A DNA stretch of 64,000 bases from Nannocystis pusilla (GCF_020073745.1 NZ_JAIRAU010000047.1:221990-285989), one strand, 5' to 3'; positions 43,461-53,335 are shown, numbered from the stretch's first letter. The notes: a model not told the origin generated them from the letters alone. Numbers and translations: made by a program.

Positions 43461-44483
43461 CTACACGCGGACCTGAGCGCGGGGCGGCGGCGCGCCGGGC
43501 AGCTGCAGGCAATAGGCGACGAACGCGGCGAACACCGGGCGCGCGCGCCCCTCGGTCGGCAGCGCGTGCAGGTGCAGCGCAGGCACCACGTTGACCTCGA
43601 GCAGCAGCGCCGAGCCCTGCGCCGCCGCGGGCGGCCCCGCGAACGCCGCCAGCGGCCCGCGGAGGTCGACCCCGCCGACATCGACCCCCAGCAGATCGCA
43701 CGCCGACGCCGCGACCGCCAGCCACTCCGGGTGCACCTCCTCGGTCCGATCGATCACGGCGAGCTCGTCGCCCGTGATCTCGACCTCACGCCCGTCGGGG
43801 ATCGCCGCCTCGAGGTCGAGCTCATAGACCTCGAGGTGACCGGCGAGGTCCTCGTCCGCCTCGATCTGGTCGATCGGACAGAGGCTCGGCGTCGACCACG
43901 TCCCGCGCCGCGCGTCGCGGTTCAGCGCCGCCACCTGCGCCGCCGCGCTGCGCCCCGCCTGCAACGTCGGCCGCACCACCTCGACCGCGGCCAGCGCCTC
44001 CCCGGCGATCACCGCCACGCGCAGGTTGGTCCCGGCGATGAACGGCTCGACCAGCACCTCCTCGTCGAGGTCGATCGCGCGGGCCCGCTCGCGCGCGCGC
44101 GCCAGGGTCGCCAGGTCGCGCACATCGGTCGCGACCCCGACCCCGCGGTTCCCCCAGTTGGGCTTGACCACCAGCCGCCCGTGACGCGCCAGCAGGGCCC
44201 GCACCACCGGCCCGGCGATGTCGCCGGCCTCGTCGACCAGCACCCCCTCGGCGCACGGCAGCGCGCGCGCGCGCAGCAGCTCGCGGCTCAGGTGCTTGTT
44301 GTTGGCCAGGCCCTGCGCCACCTGCGTCAGGAACGGCGAGCGCGTCTTGCTGACGATCGCCGAGCGCTCGCCGTGCGACAGGCGCATGAAGTAGTCGGTG
44401 TGCTCGCGCCCGAGCGGCTCGGCCCGCGCCCCGAGCTCGGCCGCCGCCGCCGCGATCAGCTGGTTCGTCCTGCTCCAGACCAC
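43461..44483 (-). CDS. ATP-grasp ligase (RimK/GshB-like)
   Basis: VVKPNWGNRGVGV and LVEPFIAG..NLRV ATP-grasp motifs; GTG start immediately after a motif array. Confidence 0.75.
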   Translation of the reverse strand: MVWSRTNQLIAAAAAELGARAEPLGREHTDYFMRLSHGERSAIVSKTRSPFLTQVAQGLANNKHLSRELLRARALPCAEGVLVDEAGDIAGPVVRALLARHGRLVVKPNWGNRGVGVATDVRDLATLARARERARAIDLDEEVLVEPFIAGTNLRVAVIAGEALAAVEVVRPTLQAGRSAAAQVAALNRDARRGTWSTPSLCPIDQIEADEDLAGHLEVYELDLEAAIPDGREVEITGDELAVIDRTEEVHPEWLAVAASACDLLGVDVGGVDLRGPLAAFAGPPAAAQGSALLLEVNVVPALHLHALPTEGRARPVFAAFVAYCLQLPGAPPPRAQVRV

Positions 44484-44560
44484 TGGGACATGTCCTCTCA
44501 GACATGGCTCAATCGCCATGTCCTTTATGACCTGTCGTATACGACAGCAGCTCGCCCTCG
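44480..44560. repeat. Motif array between the aminopropyltransferase-like and ATP-grasp genes
   Basis: gggacatgtcctctcagacatggctcaatcgccatgtcctttatgacctgtcgtatacgacag. Confidence 0.8.
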
Positions 44561-45429
44561 CCGGTGATCACCTGCCCCGGCTCGGCCAGGCGGCGGCGCA
44601 GGATCGGCGGCAGCTCGAGCGCCGCGCGGTGGGCCGTCGGCGTGTACCACTGCAGCTCGCCGAGCGCGGCGATCCGGCGGGCCAGGTCGGGCGGGTCGGC
44701 GTCGAGCGGCCGGCGCGACATCAGGGCGAAGCCCCACAGGCAGTGGAACGACGGCACGAAGCCGTGGGCGAAGCGGACGTGGGGGAACACCGCCTCGAGC
44801 GTGCTGCGGACGGTGCGGGCCAGCTTGAGGTCGAGCGGGTCGAGCTCGCCGGCCTGCAGCACGCAGATCCCGTCGTCGGCCAGCGCGCGCCGCACCAGCG
44901 CGAAGAACCGGGTCGAGAACAGCGCCGCCGAGGGCCCCTCGTCCGTCGGGTCGGTGACGTCGAGGACGATCGCGTCGAAGCTGCCGGGCGCGGCCTGGCG
45001 CAGCGTGTCGAAGATGTCCTCGGTGCGCAGCTCGACGCGGGGATCGTCGAGGCTGCCGGCGTGCCACTTCTCGAGGAACCGCCGGCTGAGCTCGACCACC
45101 TCGGCGTCGAGGTCGACCGACACGATCTTCTCGACCGAAGCGTGGCGGAGGATCTCCCGCAGGGACGCGCCCTCGCCTGTCCCTCCGACCAGCACCCGGC
45201 GCGGCGACCCGTGCAGCACCAGCGCCGGGTGGATCAGCGCCTCGTGGTAGAGCGCCTCGTCGGCCTCGGCCGACTGCACCAGCCCGTCGAGGAACAGCAT
45301 GCGCCCGTAGGCGCTGGTGTCGGCGACGACCGCGTCCTGGTAGCGCGTCTTCACGTGCGCGACCAGGCGCTCGACGCTGTACAGGATCGACACGCCCTCG
45401 ATCTCGGGCTCTTGCAGCACCAGGTGCAT
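44509..45429 (-). CDS. Spermidine synthase-like aminopropyltransferase (PABS family, variant GGTGEG motif)
   Basis: PABS fold motifs VLVGGTGEGASLREILRH (canonical GGGDGG) and DVTDPTDEGP (canonical DSSDPxGP). Confidence 0.75.
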   Translation of the reverse strand: MHLVLQEPEIEGVSILYSVERLVAHVKTRYQDAVVADTSAYGRMLFLDGLVQSAEADEALYHEALIHPALVLHGSPRRVLVGGTGEGASLREILRHASVEKIVSVDLDAEVVELSRRFLEKWHAGSLDDPRVELRTEDIFDTLRQAAPGSFDAIVLDVTDPTDEGPSAALFSTRFFALVRRALADDGICVLQAGELDPLDLKLARTVRSTLEAVFPHVRFAHGFVPSFHCLWGFALMSRRPLDADPPDLARRIAALGELQWYTPTAHRAALELPPILRRRLAEPGQVITGEGELLSYTTGHKGHGD

Positions 45430-45444
45430 CGTCTGTCCTTTCGC

Positions 45445-45927
45445 TCAGCCGCGCGACCGGCGGCGGCTGGCGATCATACCGAGCCCGGTGGCCACCAGCG
45501 CCAGCATCCCGAGGCCCGCGAGCAGCGCGGCGGCCTGCCCCGGCAGACCGACGATCTCGCCGGTGTGCAGCTTGAACAGCAGCTGCGTCAGCCCGCCCGC
45601 GGTGCGGCGGCGCTCGATCAGCGAGCCGTCGCCGGCCAGGTAGAGCACCGTCTCATCGTCGTCGTCGAGCCAGAACACCCACGGCGCGTCGGGTTCGGTG
45701 GCCAGGCCGATGTCGGTGATCACCTCGTCGCCGGCCTCGCGCTGCGCGCGCTCCAGCAGCGCCTCCAGCGCGAGCGGCCGCTCGACCACCGGCGCGGTCG
45801 GCGGCGGCACCTTCGTGCAGCCGCGGAACACCAGCATCGCCCCCGTCAACGCGATCACCGCGAACACCGCCGCCAGCCCGGCCCCGACCGTCTGGTGCAG
45901 CTTGAACAGCCTCCGGCGCATGCTCAT
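45445..45927 (-). CDS. PepSY-associated TM helix protein
   Basis: Two TM helices flanking a periplasmic segment; typical partner of TonB-dependent receptors. Confidence 0.65.
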   Translation of the reverse strand: MSMRRRLFKLHQTVGAGLAAVFAVIALTGAMLVFRGCTKVPPPTAPVVERPLALEALLERAQREAGDEVITDIGLATEPDAPWVFWLDDDDETVLYLAGDGSLIERRRTAGGLTQLLFKLHTGEIVGLPGQAAALLAGLGMLALVATGLGMIASRRRSRG

Positions 45928-45967
45928 ACGGACATGCTCCTTCGTTCATGCCCCTTGCGACATGTCC

Positions 45968-48421
45968 TCACAGCGTGGCCCCCCAGGTGCGCCAGAACCA
46001 CCGCTCCATCCGCCGCACCCCGGCCGTCCAGACCCGGCGGTTGACCTTGCCGGACTTCCAGCGCATGCGCGCCTGCTCGCCGGCCTTGCCGCGGATCCAC
46101 TCGTGGGCGAACCCCAGGTTGAAGTAGAACGTGCGCGGGCGCATCGGCAGGATGCCGCCGTTGATGTCGTCGGAGCGGGTGAACCACACCTCGTCGAGCA
46201 AGTTCTTGACGCCGACGGTCGCCTCGAGCCGCCAGCCCTGCGGCAGGGCGGTGCGGTAGCCGAGCCACGCGCCCATCAGCGTGTAGGCCGGCATCGTCCC
46301 GACCTCGCCGGTCGCGCGCGGCGCGTCCCAGTTGGCGTAGTCGGTGTACTGCCTGTCGACCCACTCGACCTTGGTGCCGACGCGCAGGCCGAACGGCGCC
46401 TCGTAGCTGGCCGAGCCCCACACCTCGTGCGCCGGATACCACGGCATGCGGTTGCCGGTGTAGAGGTCGCGCAGCACCCGGCTGCCGTTGTAGGCGTAGC
46501 CGGCGTTGAACTCGAGCCCCTCGACCTTCTCCCACACCTCGCCGGGCAGCCACTCGACGTCGACCTCGGCGCCGTAGGTGTGGGCCGCCGGGATGACGTC
46601 GATCGCGTTCTCGCCCTCGTCGCGGAGGTTGTTGAAGTAGCGGTACCAGCCGTCGACGGTCGCGTAGACCCCGCCGAGCTCCATCAGCTTGACGCCCGCC
46701 TCGACGGTGTCGGCCAGCTCGGGCTTGATGAAGCGCAGCGCCCGGCCCATCGCCTCGCCGGGGTTGATCGGCTGGATCGCCCCCGACAGGTAGCTCGGCG
46801 CGCCGAACGAGCGCCCGTAGCCGAGGTAGAGCCCGACGTAATCGCCGCCGTACCACAGCGACGCCGCCGGCAGCGGCCCGCCGTAGAACGGCCGCGGGTA
46901 GCTCACGCCCTCGAGCACGTTGTAAAAGCTCTGCTTGGTCAGCTCGAGCCGCACGCCGGCCGTCAGCACCAGCTTGGTGTCGAGCAGGTAGATCTTGTCC
47001 TCGAGGTACAGCGAGTAGCCGCCGATCCGGCCGTCGAAGCAGCGCAGCGCGTTGGGCGAGCCCTCCGGCAGCACCGCGCCGCGCGGGCACACCCGCGCGT
47101 CGCCGTCGGCCTGCAGCGGGTCGCCGGGGCGCCCCGGAAACTCGACGCGGAAGCCGCGGATCCGCGCCGCCTCGAACACGCCGCGCGTGCCGATCGAGAT
47201 GTCGTGGAAGCCGCCGCGGTGGCGCACGCGGAACGCGTAGCGCGGCTCGACGCCGACCACGTCGAACGCGCGCGGCTGCACCAGCAGGAACGTCGGCGCC
47301 GCGCCGAGGTTGCGGTCCTCGTTGGTCGCCTGGACCACCCGGCGCAGCGTGTGGCTGTAGAACGCGATCACCTGCAGCTCGTGCTCGGCCTTCGGCGTCC
47401 ACCGCAGCTTGAGGCTGGTACCCTCGCGGTGGCCGTTGAACGTGTCGAACGGGCGCTTGCTGGCGAACCGGTCGTCTCTGTAGACGTCGGAGTCGAGGCC
47501 GCCCGGCAGGTTGGTCTTCTCCCAGAACAGGTGCGTGCTCGACAGCAGCTCGACGCGCTTCGTCACCGGCACTTGGAGCTTGACGATCCCGCCGTGGCTC
47601 TGAAACTCGCTGTGCTCGCGGTACGTCTTGCCGAACCGCGGCGCGTACTCGACGTACACGCCGACGCCCCTGTGCGTGCCGCCGTACGAGGCCGCCGCGC
47701 CGGCGTCGCCGAAGTGATCCGACTGGGCGAACACCGACACCGTCGGGTTCTTCGGGATCGGGTGCGACACCATGTTGAACACGCCGCCCGACGTCCACGG
47801 CCCGAAGCGCACCGACGAGCCGCCGCGCACCGTGTCGACGCGGGCGATCTGGAACAGCGACAGCGGGAACAGCACCATCGACGGCGCGCCGTACGGGGCC
47901 GGCGCCACCGGCACCTCGTCGAGCAGGATCGTCGCCTGCTCCGACAGCCGCGGGTCGGCGCCGCGGACCGCCAGGTTGAGCTTCGTCGCCGACGTCCCGA
48001 GCCCCGACGCGCCCTCGACCGCGCGCACCCCCGGGACCTTGTCGAGCAGCTCGGCCACCCCGCTGGCGCCCTCGGCCTTCGACTGGTCGACGTCGACCAC
48101 CGCGCGCCCGCCCGCGTGGCGGTGGGCGTCGACGCGGGTCGAGCGGCCGAGCAGGTCGGTCGTCACCTCGATGTCGCGCGACTCGCCCGGCAGCACCTTG
48201 GCGCCGGCGGGCAGCGGCCGCTCCTCGGGCTCGGGCGCCGCCGGGGCGGTGACCGTCGGACTGCCTGTCTCTTCGGGCATGCTCTTCAGAGCAGGCTCTC
48301 GAGAGAATGTCCAATCGGGCCTGTCCTCCGGAGCAGGCACGTCCGGGGCCGCGTCCGGCCCGTCGTACGCGCGCGGGTCGACGGCCAGCAGCAGGGCCAG
48401 GCTGTACGCGAGCGGCGACAC
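45968..48421 (-). CDS. TonB-dependent outer-membrane receptor (siderophore-type) with ~43-aa C-terminal extension beyond the usual terminal aromatic residue
   Basis: Plug + 22-strand barrel features; canonical C-terminus ...FYFNLGFAHEW is followed in-frame by IRGKAGEQARMRW...WGATL*; GTG start 5 bp after the upstream gene stop. Confidence 0.8.
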   Translation of the reverse strand: MSPLAYSLALLLAVDPRAYDGPDAAPDVPAPEDRPDWTFSREPALKSMPEETGSPTVTAPAAPEPEERPLPAGAKVLPGESRDIEVTTDLLGRSTRVDAHRHAGGRAVVDVDQSKAEGASGVAELLDKVPGVRAVEGASGLGTSATKLNLAVRGADPRLSEQATILLDEVPVAPAPYGAPSMVLFPLSLFQIARVDTVRGGSSVRFGPWTSGGVFNMVSHPIPKNPTVSVFAQSDHFGDAGAAASYGGTHRGVGVYVEYAPRFGKTYREHSEFQSHGGIVKLQVPVTKRVELLSSTHLFWEKTNLPGGLDSDVYRDDRFASKRPFDTFNGHREGTSLKLRWTPKAEHELQVIAFYSHTLRRVVQATNEDRNLGAAPTFLLVQPRAFDVVGVEPRYAFRVRHRGGFHDISIGTRGVFEAARIRGFRVEFPGRPGDPLQADGDARVCPRGAVLPEGSPNALRCFDGRIGGYSLYLEDKIYLLDTKLVLTAGVRLELTKQSFYNVLEGVSYPRPFYGGPLPAASLWYGGDYVGLYLGYGRSFGAPSYLSGAIQPINPGEAMGRALRFIKPELADTVEAGVKLMELGGVYATVDGWYRYFNNLRDEGENAIDVIPAAHTYGAEVDVEWLPGEVWEKVEGLEFNAGYAYNGSRVLRDLYTGNRMPWYPAHEVWGSASYEAPFGLRVGTKVEWVDRQYTDYANWDAPRATGEVGTMPAYTLMGAWLGYRTALPQGWRLEATVGVKNLLDEVWFTRSDDINGGILPMRPRTFYFNLGFAHEWIRGKAGEQARMRWKSGKVNRRVWTAGVRRMERWFWRTWGATL

Positions 48422-48427
48422 GGCGGT

Positions 48428-49600
48428 TCAGGGCACGACGACGGCCGTGGCCCCGCGGATCCGCAGGCTGCGATCGGGATCGGTGAACAGCGGCCCGAGC
48501 TCGTCGTGGACCTCGAAGCGCCAGGCCGACGGCGCCTCGGCCGTCGGCTCGGTGATCTTGTAGACCGTGCCGCCGATGCCGACGGCGTAGATCGCCCCCT
48601 GGACGCGGGCCAGGCCCTCGATCTCGAAGCCGGCCGGGATGTCGTCGATGTACGGCCCGTACGCGCGCGGCTCGGGCATCTCGCCGGAGGCGGCGACTCG
48701 CAGCAGCTCGTGGCGGCCCTCGGGGAGCGTCTCCGACATCTCGCCGCGGACCAGCGCGAGCACGTCACCGCCTGGCCCCGGGACCATGTCCCCGGAGACA
48801 CCCACCTTCTCCTCGAACTGCGCGTGGATCGAGCAGATCGGGTCGCAGGCGTAATAGAGCGGGTCGTGGCTGATGTCGCTCGGTAGCACGCAGTGCTTGG
48901 GCTCGGCCAGGAACGCCGGGTCGAGCTCGAACAGCGCCCCGCGGGCGTCGAGGCCGTTGCCGGGCTTGCCGGCCGAGGCGGCGAACAGGGTGTCGCCGAC
49001 GAACTCGAGGCCGGTCATGCTCTGGCGCCAGTAGCAGGCGTCGGTGGCCGGGTCCTTCACGTCGCCGTACTTGAAGGCGTAGCGGACGCTCTCGATGCGG
49101 TTGTCGGCGCGGGTCCAGTCGGGCACGCCGAGGGTCATCAGGCCCCACTCGTCGTTGAGCGGGTCGTAGCTGAGGCCCCACAGCCCCTTCTCGGCGTGCC
49201 AGGCCAGGTCGCGCACGGTGAAGCGCAGCAGCGACTGATCGGACATCGAGATCGGGCCCATCTTGTCGTCGAGCCACAGGTTGCCGAGCTTGCTCAGGCA
49301 GCCGCCGTCCTTGCACGGCTTCGACGGGTCGTACAGGTAGAGCGCGTTGCCGACGTAGCGGCCCTCGGCGTCGAGCGGGAAGTTGGCGGTGAAGTTGGCG
49401 TCGCCGTCGGTCGGCTTGGTGTTGACCAGCAGCATCAGCTCGCCGCGGAGCGGCTGGTCTTCGGGACAGCCCTCGCAGAGGTCGACCTCCGGCGGCAGCC
49501 CCTCGCCCTCGTACGTGTCCGGCATCATCGGCTCGTAGCCGACGCAGCCCGACGCGACCGTCGCCACGCCGGCGAGGGCAATATTGAAAATCGTTTTCAT
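48428..49600 (-). CDS. Lipoprotein (first gene of the TonB-dependent-receptor operon)
   Basis: MKTIFNIALAGVATVASGC lipobox; ATG embedded in an AT-rich leader; non-R-rich 390-aa protein. Confidence 0.6.
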   Translation of the reverse strand: MKTIFNIALAGVATVASGCVGYEPMMPDTYEGEGLPPEVDLCEGCPEDQPLRGELMLLVNTKPTDGDANFTANFPLDAEGRYVGNALYLYDPSKPCKDGGCLSKLGNLWLDDKMGPISMSDQSLLRFTVRDLAWHAEKGLWGLSYDPLNDEWGLMTLGVPDWTRADNRIESVRYAFKYGDVKDPATDACYWRQSMTGLEFVGDTLFAASAGKPGNGLDARGALFELDPAFLAEPKHCVLPSDISHDPLYYACDPICSIHAQFEEKVGVSGDMVPGPGGDVLALVRGEMSETLPEGRHELLRVAASGEMPEPRAYGPYIDDIPAGFEIEGLARVQGAIYAVGIGGTVYKITEPTAEAPSAWRFEVHDELGPLFTDPDRSLRIRGATAVVVP

Positions 49601-49745
49601 TTACCGGTGTTCTCTACACCGCAGTCCGCCGGGGGTCAAGCAGGTAATTCCACCCAAGAAACAGGACGTCAATGACCTTGCAAATGATTTTCCTTTTCAT
49701 TATGACCCGGCCGCACGCCCCCGCTCGCCCTTTCAGGAGATTTCC
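49601..49745. promoter_or_regulatory. AT-rich divergent promoter region with Fur-box-like inverted repeats
   Basis: AATATTGAAAATCGTTTTCATTT (GAAAA..TTTTC arms) and GCAAATGATTTTCCTTTTCATTATGAC resemble the Fur consensus GATAATGATAATCATTATC; region ~45% GC in a ~70% GC genome, flanked by a TonB-dependent-receptor operon and an imelysin-like gene. Confidence 0.4.
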
Positions 49746-51020
49746 ATGCACCTGCGCAGCCTTCCCCTACTCGCCCTCTCGCTCGGTCTGGCCGCCTGTC
49801 CGGGCAATGAATCCGCGACCGACGGCACCGACACCGAGACCGCCGGGCCCACCACCAACGAGCCGGCGACCGACCCGGGCACCGAGACCGACGGCACCGA
49901 GACCGCCGCCCCGACGACCACCGAGGACGAGCCGACGGCCGGGACCACCGGCGAGCCGGGCGGCGACCTGAACCCGCACACCCTCGGCGACCACGCCAGC
50001 CAGGCCTGCAAGGACGCCATGACGGGGGCCGCGGCCTTCCTCGCCGCCACCGCCGACGCCGACGCCGCCGCCGCCACCGCCGCCTACGGCGACGCGCTCA
50101 AGATCTACGTCCAGACCATCGACACCGGCAACATGCGCGACGACGACAGCGCCATCACGGCCGCGCTCATGCAGAACGACGCCCCCGGGGCCGCGCTCGC
50201 CGAGGGCCACCTCTACACCGCCCTCATGTTCCAGCTGCGGGCCAACCTCTCGGCCGTCGAGACCGGCGCCGAGGACAAGTACGCCGCCTGGGACGAGGCC
50301 CACTGCGTGTGGGACGGCGGCCTGCGGCTGCTCGCCACCCGGGCCCAGGAGGAGGGCTGGAAGACCGAGGGCGACCCGATCGTCGCCGACATCGACGCCG
50401 CCTTCGCCGCCGGCCACGACGGCATCAGCGGCGACGCTCCGGCCACCGCCATCGACGACTGGCGGATCCCCCCGCAGAAGCAGATCATCGAGAAGACCCT
50501 GTTCCGCGCCGCCCACCGCGACATCATCGGCAAGGCGATCGCCGCCGCCGACGCGGCCGACGCCACCCAGGCCGCGCGCGCGCTCGGCGTGTTCGGGATC
50601 GTGCGCGACCGGCTCGAGGGCCGCAACACCCCCGGCATCGCCGTCATCGAGGGCATGCTGACCGGCGACCCGGCCATGATCAACGGCACGGTGGTCGCCT
50701 TCGAGATGGACAAGGCGTTCGCCAAGCGCACCCGCAACTACGCCGACCAGGCGTTCGGCGAGGGCCTCGGGATCCCGCCGAGCTACAAGGGCGCGGTCGA
50801 GGGGCGCACCTATGCCAAGCTCATCGTCGCCGGGATGTCCTCGGCGATGTTGAACACCGACGCCTACCTCGCCGACTGGGAGGATTACGCGGAGCTTGTG
50901 CGCACGGGTGAGGACGACGCGGCGGCCATGGAGATCAGCCAGCGGATCATCGACACCACCTGCATGTACCAGACCCTGCTCGGAATCGCCGCCTGCACCG
51001 GCAGCGATGACGAGACCTAG
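49746..51020 (+). CDS. Secreted lipoprotein, possibly imelysin/EfeO-like iron-associated protein
   Basis: MHLRSLPLLALSLGLAACPG lipobox; T/E/G-rich linker; helical domain with GHLYTAL (HxxE-like). Family assignment is tentative. Confidence 0.5.
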   Translation: MHLRSLPLLALSLGLAACPGNESATDGTDTETAGPTTNEPATDPGTETDGTETAAPTTTEDEPTAGTTGEPGGDLNPHTLGDHASQACKDAMTGAAAFLAATADADAAAATAAYGDALKIYVQTIDTGNMRDDDSAITAALMQNDAPGAALAEGHLYTALMFQLRANLSAVETGAEDKYAAWDEAHCVWDGGLRLLATRAQEEGWKTEGDPIVADIDAAFAAGHDGISGDAPATAIDDWRIPPQKQIIEKTLFRAAHRDIIGKAIAAADAADATQAARALGVFGIVRDRLEGRNTPGIAVIEGMLTGDPAMINGTVVAFEMDKAFAKRTRNYADQAFGEGLGIPPSYKGAVEGRTYAKLIVAGMSSAMLNTDAYLADWEDYAELVRTGEDDAAAMEISQRIIDTTCMYQTLLGIAACTGSDDET

Positions 51021-51047
51021 GCGCGAGCGGCAATATGTCCGGACTGC

Positions 51048-51464
51048 ATGGCCGAGATTTTTCCGGGATACAGCGAGTTCGGCCGCGTGCTCGCCGACTA
51101 CATCACGCGTGAAGCCGCGGCCCGCGGCGCGGTGCTCAGCGACAACGAGGGCGACACCGTCGACCTCGCTTTCGACGAGGCCCGCACCTCCGCCCTCGAG
51201 GTCCAGATCCTCGGCGCCCAGCTCGACCGGGCCGCCGAACGACTGAGCTCGTGGTTCCAAGATCGCGGCCGAGGCCAGTGTGAGATCTTGATTGAGGCAA
51301 GTCACGGACGACTCTGCTGCGCGTTCGTCGGCGGCGCCTACGTGCTCGCCGTCCTCTCCGAGCCGGCGGCCGGCGACGACGAAGCCCGCGCCACCGAGGC
51401 CGAGCGGGTGCTCGCGGGCTTCCGCGAGCTGCGCCGTGACATCGAGGCCCTGCTGGATACCTGA
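51048..51464 (+). CDS. Roadblock/LC7-like small protein
   Basis: ~138 aa, alpha/beta pattern compatible with the roadblock fold; weak call. Confidence 0.4.
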   Translation: MAEIFPGYSEFGRVLADYITREAAARGAVLSDNEGDTVDLAFDEARTSALEVQILGAQLDRAAERLSSWFQDRGRGQCEILIEASHGRLCCAFVGGAYVLAVLSEPAAGDDEARATEAERVLAGFRELRRDIEALLDT

Positions 51465-51601
51465 GCTCCACTTCCTGCCCGGCGTGCGCGATCTTGACGC
51501 AAGGTCACATCTCGCCGCTCGCGTCCCGCTGCGCCGCCGCCGTCCAGGCGTGGCACACTGCGGGCGCGTGGCCCCGGCCCGGAAGGAGCCCAGTTTTACC
51601 C

Positions 51602-51916
51602 ATGGCGACCCACATCACTGAAGAGTGCATCAACTGCGGCGCGTGTGAGCCGGAGTGCCCCAACGAGGCGATCTCGGAGGGCGACGACCGGTATGTCATC
51701 GACCCCAACCTCTGCACCGAGTGCGTCGGGTTCCACGATTACGAGGCGTGCCAGGCCGTGTGCCCGGTCGAGTGCTGCGTCCCCGACCCCGAGCGCCGCG
51801 AGACCGAGGACACCCTCCTCGAGCGCGCCCGCAAGCTGCACCCCGAGAAGAGCTTCCCCGCGGTGGCCGACCTGCCCAGCGATCTGAGCCGGTTCCGCAG
51901 CGCGAAGAAGAAGTGA
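51602..51916 (+). CDS. 4Fe-4S ferredoxin (YfhL-like)
   Basis: CINCGACEPECP and CTECVGFHDYEACQAVCP cluster motifs. Confidence 0.8.
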   Translation: MATHITEECINCGACEPECPNEAISEGDDRYVIDPNLCTECVGFHDYEACQAVCPVECCVPDPERRETEDTLLERARKLHPEKSFPAVADLPSDLSRFRSAKKK

Positions 51917-52175
51917 CCCACCGCGGCGCGACCCGCCGCGATCTTCGATACCTACGGGCGGCGCCAGGGCGCCGCTCTTCGCGTTGGTCGCGACCTGATC
52001 ACCGGCTGTCGCGCAGGAGATCCCCTCCCCGCGTCCCGAGGATCGGCGCCCGTGCTCGGTCGCGGATCTCCGCTGCGGGCCCGGCGCGCCGGGCCGCGTC
52101 GACGGCGATCGCCGCTCGTCGGGTCCGAACGCAGGTCCTGACTTTCGCAGCCGCCCCGGGGACACTCTCGCCAGC

Positions 52176-53222
52176 GTGTCGTCCTCGCCCGCTCCCGCGC
52201 CTCTCGCTGCCGCGCCCGCGCCCGCGCGCGCGTGGCTGCGCGTCGGCCTGTCGATCGGGATCACCGCGCTCGCGCTGTGGCTGGTCCAGCGTCAGCTCGA
52301 TCCCCTGCCCGACGAGCTCGAGATCGCCGCCTGGGGCCTGCCGGCCTACCTCGCCACCCTGCTGCTCTACGCCTTCCTGCGCTCGGCGCGGTGGTGGTTC
52401 CTCGTCAGACCTTTGGGACAGGTTCGCTTCGGCGACGTCATGCTCGTCGGCCTCGCCGGCGCGCTGTGGATCGTCGCGCTCCCGTGGCGGCTCGGCGAGC
52501 TGGTGCGTCCGGCCCTGCTCGGCCGACGCAGCGGCATCCCGGCCAGCCAGCTGCTCGGCACCGTCGCCATCGAGCGCGTCGTCGACGGCCTGTGCGTGTG
52601 CGCGGCCTTCTTCGTCGCGGCCGCCGGCGCGCCCGACGTCCCGGCGCTGACCGGCCTCTACGCCGCCTGCACCGCCGCCTTCGCCCTGTTCGCCGGCGCC
52701 CTCGTCGTGCTCGTCGTGCTCGCCCGCTGGCCGGCCGCGCTCGAGCTGCTGCTGCGGCGCGGCCTCGGCCGGATCGCCGCCCGGCCGGCCGCCATCCTCG
52801 CCGACGTCGCCCGCGGCCTCGCCGAGGGCCTGCGGGCCCTGCCCTCGCTGCGCCCGCTGCTGCTGTTCCTGCTCGGCACCGTCGCCTACTGGGGCACCAA
52901 CGTGTTCGGCATGGCCCTGCTCGCGCGCGCCTGCGGCCTCGACCTCGGCCTGCTCGACGCGCTCGCCGTCCTCGCCGTCCTCAACCTCACCCTGCTCGTG
53001 CCCGGCCCGCCGGCCCACGTCGGCACCTTCCAGCTCGGCGTCGCCGCCGGGCTCGGCCTGTTCCTCCCGCCGGACGTCGTCCGCGCCGGCGGCTCGACCT
53101 ACGCCTTCTTCCTCTACACCTGCCAGCTCGCCATGATCGCCGCGCTCGGCATCGCCGCCAGCCTGCGCCTGCGCCTCGGCTGGCGCGCCGCCCTCGACCT
53201 CCGCCCGCCCGACCGGCCCTGA
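52176..53222 (+). CDS. Lysylphosphatidylglycerol-synthase-TM-domain family membrane protein (UPF0104), paralog 1
   Basis: 8 TM helices, Arg-rich loops, family-typical layout; no synthase domain. Confidence 0.6.
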   Translation: MSSSPAPAPLAAAPAPARAWLRVGLSIGITALALWLVQRQLDPLPDELEIAAWGLPAYLATLLLYAFLRSARWWFLVRPLGQVRFGDVMLVGLAGALWIVALPWRLGELVRPALLGRRSGIPASQLLGTVAIERVVDGLCVCAAFFVAAAGAPDVPALTGLYAACTAAFALFAGALVVLVVLARWPAALELLLRRGLGRIAARPAAILADVARGLAEGLRALPSLRPLLLFLLGTVAYWGTNVFGMALLARACGLDLGLLDALAVLAVLNLTLLVPGPPAHVGTFQLGVAAGLGLFLPPDVVRAGGSTYAFFLYTCQLAMIAALGIAASLRLRLGWRAALDLRPPDRP

Positions 53223-53264
53223 TCGCCCCGCGATGCCCGCCGCCCTCACCTGCCCGAATCACCA

Positions 53265-53335
53265 TGCTTCTGGGGCCATGCCCTTTGAGACATATCCATT
53301 CGAGCATGCCCTCACGAACATGTCCCCGGGAGCCG
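53265..53335. repeat. Motif array between the two membrane-protein paralogs
   Basis: ggccatgccctttgagacatatccattcgagcatgccctcacgaacatgtccccggg. Confidence 0.75.

Noticed and set aside
42502-43725. 407-aa version of Cys-rich lipoprotein B
   Set aside because: Upstream 124 aa are R/A-rich read-through with no stop by chance. A strong AAGGAG-ATG start and signal peptide begin at 43350.
49584-49745. N-terminal extension of the imelysin-like gene (MKIVFIYRCSLHRSPPG...)
   Set aside because: Runs through the AT-rich promoter region; the real signal peptide begins at the ATG at 49746.
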